Source: Octopus sinensis (Eukaryota). Taken from it: a DNA stretch of 64,000 bases. A program made the translations under genes and the position numbers. How positions within the stretch are numbered: position 1 is the stretch's first letter; every line of letters starts with the position of its first letter. Below, one piece after another: positions 52,140-64,000 of this stretch. The notes beneath the pieces are model-generated. The model was not told where the DNA came from, did not search any database, and was given only the letters and a program-made list of their open reading frames with translations. Location: NCBI RefSeq assembly GCF_006345805.1, contig NC_043020.1:22196001-22260000 (forward strand). Direction: 5' to 3'.

Positions 52140-52460
52140 GTGAGCCTCGGGCCGACCAAAGCCTTGTGAGTAGATTTGGTAGACGGAAACTGAAAGAAGC
52201 CCGTCGTATATATGTATGTATATGTATATATATGTGTGTGTGTGTATATGTTTGGGTGTCTGTGTTTGTCCCCCCAACATTGCTTGACAACCGATGCTGT
52301 GTGTTTGCGTCTCCATCACTTAGCAGTTTAGCAAAAGAGACTGATAGAATAAGTACTAGGCTTACAAAGAATAAGTCCCAGGGTCGATTTGCTCGACTAA
52401 AGGCGGTGCTCCAGCATGGCCACAGTCAAATGACTGAAACAAGTAACAAAAAAAGAGTAA
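52140..52460 (+). mobile_element. SINE family 1 copy lacking the tRNA head
   Basis: Matches 21945-22222. Tail GGCGGTGCTCCAGCATGGCCACAGTCAAATGACTGAAAC. Confidence 0.85.
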
Positions 52461-52860
52461 AGAGTATAAATGGTTGTGTGGTAGAGTGGTAGGCATCCTA
52501 AAAGAGTCATGATCTTCAGTGAAGTCGAGTGTCTTGGTGGAGTGTGTTACTGGAGATGTATAGAAGAAAGTAAATAGAAAGCAAATCAGTCCTGTGTCAC
52601 TAGTGGTGGTCTACATTGGATTGGCATAACTAATTGAGTAAAATTAATCTATTAAGTTTGCTTCTATGTTGTAGAGAAGACGAGAACATTTGTCCAAACT
52701 GGTGAAATTTACTATTGACCATAATTTTGTGTTCAAACTGTAGCACATGTAAGAGTCACCATGCTGCATTCACTCAAGTCCCTTCCCCTCTTGGTTATAG
52801 CAGAGCTTTACCCAACTACCCCACCATGATTAAGACAGGGTTTTTACCCATCCTGTCTCC

Positions 52861-54125
52861 ATGCAGCAATGTCAAAGGAAGGCTAATTAGGAATATAGTT
52901 TTTGTGTGGCAGATGCTCTGGTGCAATAAACACTGAAAATGCGCAGAGACCATCTTCTGCCACATTCCAGGGAGAAAAACTAGAAATAGTTGATAGTTTC
53001 TGTTACCTAGGTGATCAAGTCAGTAGTGGGGGTGGGTGTGCCGGAAGTGTAACTGCTACAGTAAGAATAGCCTGGGCAAAGTTCAGAGAGCTCTTACCTC
53101 TGCTGGTGACAAAGGCCTCTCGCACAGAGTAAAAGGCAGACTGTATGATGCATGTGTACGAACAGCCATGCTACATGGCAGTGAAACATGGGCCGTGACT
53201 GCTGAGGATATGCGTAAGCTCGCAAGAAATGAAGCTAGTATGCTCCGATGGATGTGTAATGTCAGTGTTCATACCCGACAGAGTGTAAGTGCCTTGAGAG
53301 AAAAGTTGGACCTAAGAAGTATCAGTTGTGGTGTGCAAGAGAGACGTCTACGCTGGTATGGACACGTGGTAAGAATGGATGAAGATAGTTGTGTGAAACA
53401 GTGCCACACCCTAGCAGTTGAGGGAACCTGTGGAAGAGGTAGACCCAGGAAAACCTGGGATGAGGTGGTGAAACACGACCTTCGCTCTTTAGGTCTTACT
53501 GAGGAAATGACCAGAGACTGAGACCTTTGGAAGTATGCTGTGCGCGAGAAGACCCGGCAGGACAAGTGAGGCCATAAGCCGTGGCCCCTACCTAGGACGT
53601 AGTCAGTCCACCTGTGCATACCTTCCTTCTTGGGACACATAACTCTACTTGTGAAGACCTGTTGAGGCAAGTGAAAATCAAAATTGAAGAATCAAATCAA
53701 ATTGAAATCGATCCACATCAATGGAATTTGTAGTTTGTGCCGGTGGCACATAAGAGAACCATCCGAACGTGGTCATAGCCAACACCGCATCGACTGGCCT
53801 CCATGCTGGTGGCACGTAACAAACACCATCCGATCGTGGCTGTGCCAGCCCTGCCTGGCCTCTGTGCCGGTGGCAACGTAAAAAACACCATCCGAGCGTG
53901 GCCGTTCGCCAGCCTCGTCTGGCACCTATGTCGGTGGCACATAAAAAGCACCCACTACACTCACGGAGTGGTTGGCGTTAGGAAGGGCATCCAGCTGTAG
54001 AAACACCGCCAGATCTGACTGGCCTGGTACAGCCTTCGGGGTTCCCAGACCCCAGTTAAACCGTCCAACCCATGCTAGCATGGAAAGCGGACGTTAAACG
54101 ATGATGATGATGATGATGATGATTA
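52861..54125 (+). mobile_element. 5'-truncated RTE LINE: ORF C-terminus, modular 3' UTR, (GAT)n tail
   Basis: FCYLGDQVSSGGGC, KGRLYDACVRTAMLHGSETW, RLRWYGHVVRMDED, GRPRKTWDEVVKHDL. Confidence 0.92.
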
Positions 54126-55580
54126 TGATGTCCTCTTGACTTTATAAATGATTCATTCCATATTGTTGTTTAACCTTTGGTCAACTCTGATCAAGGACTC
54201 CAAAGGTCAAAGGTGTCCTAACTTTATCCACTCCATTTTATTTGTAGATATTATGGTATGGCAAAAGAGGTTGTGTGGTGAACGAGGAGGAAAGAATTGA
54301 GGACAGACATCTTTGTCTTTGGTTAAATCCTTGTCTACTTTTTATCTATCAAGGATTACATTGTTGAATGTATCCTTTGTTTTTAATATTATTGTTTAAC
54401 CCTAGGTCAAGTCTGATCCAGTTGACCTATGATCAAAGATGTTCCAGCCACAACCATTGACACATGCAAGGCTGTGTGGTTAAGAAGCTTGCTTTCCAAC
54501 CATATGGTTCCAGGTTCAGTCCCCCTGCATAGCTCCTTGGATGAGTACCTGCTACTATAACCCCGAGCAAACCAATCTGTTGAGAAAGAGTTTCATAGAT
54601 AGAAACAGTATGGAAGCCTGCATTACACACACACACTCTTGTGAATGGGATGTTTGTGTTCCTGTTCCCATTTATTTCCTGTAACTTAGCTGTTTGTCAA
54701 ATAGAGTTCCTTAAAGAAGGTACCAAGCTTCTGAATTATTACTGTTGTTGACATGATCAATTAAACCTCTCAAGGCACTGCCCCAGCATGGCCACAGGTC
54801 ATTAATTAAAATCAGTAAAGGATTGAAAACTCAGTGAGTCTAGGGTTGCAAAATCCAATCTGTCCTTTGTTTTTTCCTCAAGACAGTAGAGTGGGCGTGA
54901 TTTGAGGGAGATTTTGCTGTTATTTTTAAAGGCCTCCTTGTCATCTTCCCCAGTTGAGTAGTTTCATAGTTGGTTGAGTAAAAAAAATGTAACAGTCAGG
55001 TAAAGAGACCATCTCAAGCCACATTGACTCATAAGGGCCAGTCTCCTAATTTCCATGGCTTATACATTCCCCACCTGAATGGGACACCAGTCCATTGCAG
55101 GATTAACTTACTTTTGCCAGCTGAGTAGACTGCAGCAATGTGAAATGAAGTGTTTTGCTCAAGAACACAATGCATTGCCCGGTCCAGGAATAGAAACCAC
55201 AATCCTATGATCATGAGTCCAACACCCTAACCACTGAGCCATGCACTTCCACAATGGTTGACTGTGTAATTGAATATTGTCTAAAATTGATTTGAGGTGG
55301 TAGAATTAGTTGTATGGACCCTCATGTATGACTGGTACTTTTAGTTCTTGTGTGTAGTGTAGTGAGTGGAGGTATGAGACAAAGAAGAGGAGGGAGGATG
55401 CTGAGGTCAGAGGTCACTGTGAAGGAGTTATGGTGGCAGTGGTGGGGATATTACTCAAAGATGGGGGAAGGCACAGATTTTTTTAATATTCTGTTGAGTT
55501 ATCCTCAATACTCATTATCATCATTGTCATTGTCATCATCTCCTCCTCCATCTCACACTCAACCTTTCTCGTTAAAACAG

Positions 55581-55671
55581 GTGTGGATGGTTGTCTTCCC
55601 CGAAGGAACTCGCTTCAATCCTTGTAAACAAGATGTAATTCAGAAGAGCAAAGAATTTGCTAAGGAACGAG
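55581..55671 (+). CDS. AGPAT5: AGPAT5-like exon (VWMVVFPEGTRFNPCKQDVIQKSKEFAKERG)
   Basis: Acceptor aaaacAG at 55579-80, donor GTTTGT at 55672, phase 0/1. Contains the FPEGT motif. Confidence 0.9.
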
Positions 55672-56083
55672 GTTTGTTTACTTTTCAACTCTCTCACCGT
55701 TTGTGTGTGTGTCACTTGTTCATATGTTTAACTTCCATGTATCTGTACTAGCATGGGTTTGAACTAGTAGTTATTTGAGACAAAATTATTATTATAAAGC
55801 CAAGATGTAATCTTCTTGTTAGCATTCCTTGTCAGTCTGTCTTTCTCTCTCTCTCCCTCTCTCTCTCTCTGTATATTATCATCATCCAGTGTTTTAAATC
55901 CAGATTTTGTTCCTGTTAATGGGGGTAACCAGATCTACCTCAATGCTATGGCAATCTAGGTAGGCAGATGCAGCTGGTGCCCATTCTCCTTTGCTATCAT
56001 GAAGGTTTTTGAAGCTGTATCTTTCTGTTTGTCTGCTGTCTGTCCGTCCCTCCGTCCGTCTGTCCATCCATCCACATATATAT

Positions 56084-56925
56084 ATACTCGACAGAGTGTA
56101 AGTACCTTGAGAGAAAAGTTGGACCTAAGAAGCATCAGTTGTGGTGTGCAAGAGAGACGTTTGCACTGGTATGGTCATGTAGCGAGAATGGATGAAGATA
56201 GTTGCGTGAAAAAGTGCCACACCCTGGCAGTTGAGGGAACTTGTGGAAGAGGTAGACTCAGGAAAACCTGGGACGAGGTGGTGAAGAACGATTTTCGAAC
56301 TTTAGGTCTCACCGAGGAAATGACCAGAGACTGAGACCTTTGGAAGTATGCTGTGCGTGGGAAGACCCGGCAGGACAAGTGAGACCATAACCCGTGGCCT
56401 ATACCTGGGACATAGCCAGCCCACTTATGCATACCTTTCCTTCTTGTGACACAAACCCTGCTTGTGAAGACCTGTTGAGGCAAGGGAAAATCGAAATCTT
56501 TCAACATCAATGGAAATTGTAGCTGAGATACCAGTGCCGGTGGCACGTAAGAGAACCATCCAAACATGGCCATTGTCAGCTCCGCCCCGACTGGCCTCCG
56601 TGCCAGTGGCACATAAAAAGCACCATCCAATTGTGGCCGTTGCCAGCCTCGTCTGGCCTCCGTGCCGGTCGCACGTAAAAGGCACCATCCAATCGTGGCC
56701 GTTTGCCAGCCTCGTCTGGCACCTGTGCAGGTGGCACATAAATAGCACCCACTACACTATCAGAGTGGTTGGCGTTAGGAAGGGCATCCAGCTGTAGAAA
56801 CACTGCCAGATCAGACTAGGCCTGGCGCAGCCTTCAGGCTTCCCGGACCCCAGTTGAACTGTCCATGCTAGCATGGAAAACGGACATTAAACGATGACGA
56901 TGATGATGATGATGATGATGATGTG
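56084..56925 (+). mobile_element. RTE 3' fragment with modular UTR and (GAT)n tail
   Basis: Close match to 53275-54125. Confidence 0.9.
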
Positions 56926-57036
56926 GTTCTTCTCTAATTTATATACATATATTATATGTTGTGAAATTTGATTTAGTATTACTAAATTGAATTTTTCCCT
57001 GTAAGTTTGGAATAATATTCCCTAATATTATATTAT

Positions 57037-57076
<40 letters not shown>

Positions 57077-57078
<2 letters not shown>

Positions 57079-57187
57079 CGGGAAGCTTTATGAAAATAAA
57101 CAAAAGACGAAGGCAGGTGGAAAACAAACGAACAATTGTATTAGTATGGCGCTCAGGAAATATAAATAAAACAAGTCTTTAACGTTT
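57077..57187 (-). mobile_element. Solo pLTR-like short element truncated inside the hammerhead core (starts AAACGTTAAAGAC)
   Basis: Near-identical to 14680-14790. 3' end abuts (TA)n. Confidence 0.7.
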
Positions 57188-57433
57188 AAATTAGGGGAGA
57201 TGGAGAGCTGATTACACCAGCATTATGGTAACAGTAGCAGTCATGCTACTGTTACCATAACGCCAACAAATTTGAATGGGTCAACGGAACCTGTATAACT
57301 ACACATTTGTCAGACTATTTTTTCTTCTGAAGATGGGTCTTTGCACCTAAAACAAGGAGGTTTTGTGAAACTTTCTGCTTTGGTGGGAGCTTTCCTATTT
57401 TCCCTTTTCTTTCCCTTCTCTCTCTCTCTCTCT

Positions 57434-58440
<1,007 letters not shown>

Positions 58441-58539
58441 ATATCTATAAATTTTAATCCAAACGGGAAAACAAAAAAACAACAACAATGGAACAATTAC
58501 AGTATTATTATTATAGGCGCTCAGGAAATGGAAGCAGGG

Positions 58540-58575
58540 AGGGATGACGTTTCGAGCGGAGCTCTTCATCGGAAA
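58540..58575 (-). ncRNA. Minimal type I hammerhead-ribozyme-like motif (U4C variant, GUC triplet)
   Basis: CCGAUGA-A-GAGC(UCC)GCUC-GAAAC-GUC. Predicted cut between 58546 and 58545. Stem I is weak (1 bp) in this copy. Confidence 0.5.
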
Positions 58576-58744
58576 CATAAAGAAGGAAGAGAGAGAAAGA
58601 AAGATCCCAAAGCGGGCAACAGGGATAGAGAAAAAAAATGACTGGTGTTTACGAGTTACACATGGTGAAAGGCGGAAGTTTACGATAACAAGAGCAAAGT
58701 AGGTTTTTAAAGGCAAAAGAGTGGAGACAAGGTTGGTAACGCAA

Positions 58745-61270
58745 CAGATGTGTGTGTATGTGTGAGTGTGTGCGTGTGCGTGTGTGTATGTGTGTGTGTG
58801 AGGCGAGATAAAAAAACAAAAAATATATGTATGTGTTAGTGTGTGCGTCTGTGTGTAGGCGTGTGAGGTAGGGCGAGACCGTAGTCAGCATAGCAGACAA
58901 AGGTCAGTAGTAAGAAAAAGAAGGAAGGAGGAAGGGAGGGAGGGGAAGGGGTGGGGGCGTATGTAGCGTGCCAGCGTGTGTTGAGTAGTAGTGTGTGTGT
59001 GTGTCCAGTGTCGTGGTAGTATTAATGGCGAGTAGATTGAATGTGTGTAAGAGTAATGTATATATTTAAGCAATGTGTGTATATGTGTGCGCGTGTGTGT
59101 AACGAAAAAGGGGGGGGGTTAAGGAAAAGGACTCCAGCTGAGGGGAAGATGGAAGAGTGGTCCCGCGGAGACGGGCGTGGGAAACCCAACGACAAGCGAC
59201 GGTCCCAGGAATGGGCGGGAGGTCTCGTCGGGTCCAAGAGCAAGGTGCATGCGGCGCGTATGCGTGCGCGAACCGGCGCAAGCGCGTGTGTGCGCGCGCC
59301 TGCGAGTATGCGCGTAGTAAGTATGTATGTGTTGGATGTGTGAGTGTGTCTGTGTGTATGTCTGGGTGGCAGTGTGTCCGATGAATGTATGTGAGTATGT
59401 GTGTATATATGTGTGTGCATAGATGTATGTCCGTGTGTGTGTGTGTATGTGTATGAGTGTGTATGTATGTACGTGTGGGTGTGGGGAAGTGTGTGTATGT
59501 GCATGTGTGTGCGTGTACATACAGGTGTGTGAGTGAGTGTGTGTGTGTGTATGTATGTGTGAGTGTGTATGTATGTGTGTGTAGGATGCATGTATGTGTA
59601 TGGGTGTATGTATGGTGTGTGTGTGTGTATGCGTGTAGGTGTGCGCGTGTGCATGCATGCATGCATGTGCGTATGTGTTTGTGTGTGCATGTGTGTGGGT
59701 ATATATGTATGTGCGTATATGTGTGTGTATGTGCGTACATGTGTGTGTGTGTATGCATGTGTGTGTATGTAGGTGTGTAGGCGTGTGTGTATAGGTGTAT
59801 GTATGGGTGTGTCCGTGTATGTGTGTGTATGTAGGTGTGTGGGCGTGTGTATATGTGTGTGTATGTAGGTGTGTGGGCGTGTATATATAGGTGTATGTAT
59901 GTATGTCTGGGTGTGTCCGTGCATGTTTGTGTGTGTGTGTGTATGCATGTGTATGTAGGTGTGTGTGTACGTGTGTAATGTATGTGTGTATGCGTGCGTG
60001 TGTGTATGTAGGTGCGTGTGTATGTGTGTAGGTGTGTGTGTGCGTGTGCGTGTTTATGTTGGTGTGTGCGTATGTGAGTGTGAGTGTGGGTGTTTGTCAT
60101 GCATGTGTGTGCGCGTGCAGGTGAGTGTGTGTGTAAGTATGTGTGTGAGTGTGTATGTGTGTATGTCTGTGTGTATGTATGTGCGTATAGGAGTATGTAG
60201 GTATGTGTGTGTGTATGTGTATGGGTGTATGTATGTATGTGTGTGTGTGTGCATGTGTATAAGTATATGTGTGTGTATGTGTATGTGTGTGTGTTTATGT
60301 ATGTGTGTATGTATGTGTGTAGGCGTGTGTGTGTAGATGTATGTATGTATGGGTGTGTGTGTTTGTGGTGTGTGTGTAGGTAGATGTGTGTGTCTGAGTA
60401 TGGCTGTGTAGGTGTGTGTGTGTATGAATGTAAGTGTGTGTGTATACAAGTGTAATGTATGTATGTAGGTGTGTGTGTGTGTGTATGTGTACGTGTGCGT
60501 GTGTGTGTGTGTGTGTGAGTGTGAGTGTATGGGTGTATGTCTGTGTGTGTGTATGTCTGAAGTAGGTTTGTGTGTGTATGTATGTGTGTGTGTGTGCGGG
60601 TATGTGTGTGTGTGTGTATGTGTGTGTGTGAGTAGGTGTGCGTGTATGTATGTGGGTAGGGATGCATGCGAGTGTGTGGGTATGTATGCATACATACGCA
60701 CGCGCACATCCGAAGCAAGCCCACACACACGAAGCGCGGTCACGCACACAACGCACAAGCAGTACAACGCAAGCCCAAGGGGCCGACCAAGCCCCCAGCG
60801 CGCGAGTACAAAGGCCGTCGAACGCCCCGCTACGCGGGAACCGTGGAGCCATCAGCCAAACCAGAAAGCAGAAAAGAGGGGGGGCTGCCTGGATGCAAAA
60901 GGTGTATGTGTGTGTGCATTCAGTGTAAGGGTGTGCATGTGTGGGTATGTATGTATGTATGTGCCTACATGTATGTGTGCATGTGTGTGTGTGTTGAAGT
61001 ATGTACGTGCGTGTTGTGAGTGTGTGTGATGTATGTGCGTATGTAGTGTGTGTGTATGTGTTGTATGTATGTCTGTCTGTGTGTGTGTGTGTGTAAGTAT
61101 GTATGTGTGTATGTATGTATGTGTGTGTGTATGTGCATGTTGGTTTGTATGTTAGTGTGTGCATGTATTCTGTAAGTGTGTGTGATTAAATGTGTGAATG
61201 TATGTACGTAGATGGGTCTACGTATGTGTGTGTGTGAACAGGCGTGTGGGAGGTAGGTGGGTGGGTGGGT
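58745..61270. repeat. About 2.5-kb degenerate (TG)/(TATG) tract with GC-rich unique islands (about 59100-59320 and 60690-60900)
   Basis: Direct reading. Lies between the GIY-YIG ORF end and the hammerhead repeat. Confidence 0.92.
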
Positions 61271-61309
61271 GTGGGTGGTGTATCCGGGGGGGGGAAAAAA
61301 AAAACGGAT

Positions 61310-61687
61310 CTCAAGAGGAGGGGCTGTGTTAAGTCCGTGTGGGGTGGTAGTTTGTAGGGTGAAGATGTAGCGTTGCTCCAAGTGGAGCCTGGAAAGTGGG
61401 CGACCATTGTGGGGGGCGAGACCAAACACTGAGATGTCATCTAGGGAATGGCCGGCCGAGCGGAAGTGGCGTGCGACGGGAGAAAAAGAGTGTAGGCGAA
61501 CGTCCCTCAAGTGTTCAGTGAAACGGTCGGACAACTGGCGTCCCGTCTGTCCTACATACAGCATCCCGCATAGGTTGCATTTAATGCAGTAAATTAGGCC
61601 AGACGAGGTGCACGTAAAAGAGTGCCTAATGCGTACAGTATGCAGGTTGGAGCCGGTGACAGCGGTGGTGTTGGTGATGAAGGGCAA
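61310..61687 (-). pseudogene. GIY-YIG endonuclease domain of the Penelope-like element
   Basis: LIYCIKC..C..LYVGQT core, R(FTEH) and catalytic E/N positions (LEQ, GLN) in an open frame. Confidence 0.9.
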
Positions 61688-62083
61688 GTGTTGCAGCGGG
61701 ATCTAGAGCAAGGGAATGATCCGTGTGGGGCTGAGGGGGAAGGAGAGAGGGTGCTGTGGACCAGGAGGTCACGCAGATTGCGGGCTCGTTGAAAGAGGAC
61801 AGAGGTGGGGTAGGGAAAATGGGGCGGGGTGGTGGGATCAAGCTGGAGGCGACGGAAGGCACGTAGTATCTTGCGACGAAGGGGTAGGGTAGAGGGGGGG
61901 AAAGGAGGGGGAAGGTGGGGGGGGGAAGGAGACAGGGCGGTAGTGCGGTCGATGCGACGGCGCGGGTGAGGGCATCAGAGGGAGTATGGGTGGGTAACCT
62001 GGAGTCTGAACATGCGGGCCAGGTATTGAGATTGGGTCTCGAAATCCTGGTCACGGCTGCACAAACGTCGGAGGCGGAGGAAC

Positions 62084-63490
<1,407 letters not shown>

Positions 63491-64000
63491 TTTGTGAAAT
63501 AGAAAGATGAATAATCTTGTTGCAGATTAATCAAAAGTTTAACCGATACCTTGGTAGCAAAAATCACAGCAGAAGACAGCACGGTTGGAGGTACAACCAT
63601 ATGGTGTTGCAACCATGCGTTGGTGCGGATAATTGAATTTTAATATTATTAGTGAATTGAAGAAATGGAGTTGAATGAAGATGAACAGAAATCGTTTTAT
63701 TGCATTCTACACGTGTTTCGTAAGCCACAATTTACCAAATTCCGATTGAATAAGGAGACATATTGTGTCTTTCTCTTCAGGAAGAAATAGGAAATCCGTT
63801 GGCAAAAACAAAAACAGAACAGAGGCGCAGCAAAACAAATCGAACGAGGCTCCTAAGAGCCCATGGCCAAACTGTTTATCAATGTATGTTGAAATCGGGT
63901 GGTGGGTGCGTTGAAGATTTTAACTGTTTATCAATGTATGTTGAAATCGGGTAGAATGCAATAAAACGATTTCTGTTCAATCTTCGTTCAACTCCATTTC
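63491..64000 (-). mobile_element. Second copy of the 10908-11217 family with inverted partial duplication (runs off the window)
   Basis: 63491-63715 is the reverse complement of about 10994-11217. An inverted arm restarts at 63951 (GTAGAATGCAATAAAACG). CGAAACACGTGTA at 63720-63708. Confidence 0.75.

Overview
Eukaryotic, AT-rich, repeat-saturated genomic DNA. The repeat content (RTE LINEs with (GAT)n tails, tRNA-derived SINEs, very long TA/CA microsatellites) suggests an octopus-like cephalopod, which is inference only. The one recognisable host gene is AGPAT5 (+ strand): four internal coding exons at 34641-34719, 50163-50278, 51810-51905 and 55581-55671 join in phase and carry the NHQSTVD, HGCIYVKR and FPEGT acyltransferase motifs. 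Its first and later exons were not found. Almost everything else is transposon-derived: a near full-length CR1-group LINE (broken ORF1 with Myb/SANT-like and CCCH motifs, 5' tandem monomers) plus two truncated copies, a second young CR1, RTE fragments, a Tx1/L1, a Penelope-like (Neptune-type, GIY-YIG) element, Tc1, maT-like, mariner, piggyBac, Merlin and hAT remnants, MITEs and SINEs. Four observations stand out. (1) Several minimal type I hammerhead-ribozyme motifs with non-canonical cores occur in Penelope-type terminal repeats embedded in (TA)n tracts, including fold-back copies whose junctions sit at the predicted cleavage site. (2) 360-bp head-to-tail concatemers of an RTE 3' end share an identical novel junction at two loci. 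(3) A SINE and a LINE share a 3' tail whose hairpin covaries. No CRISPR, rRNA or true tRNA genes were found. The long IY/VC-type ORFs are microsatellite artefacts.
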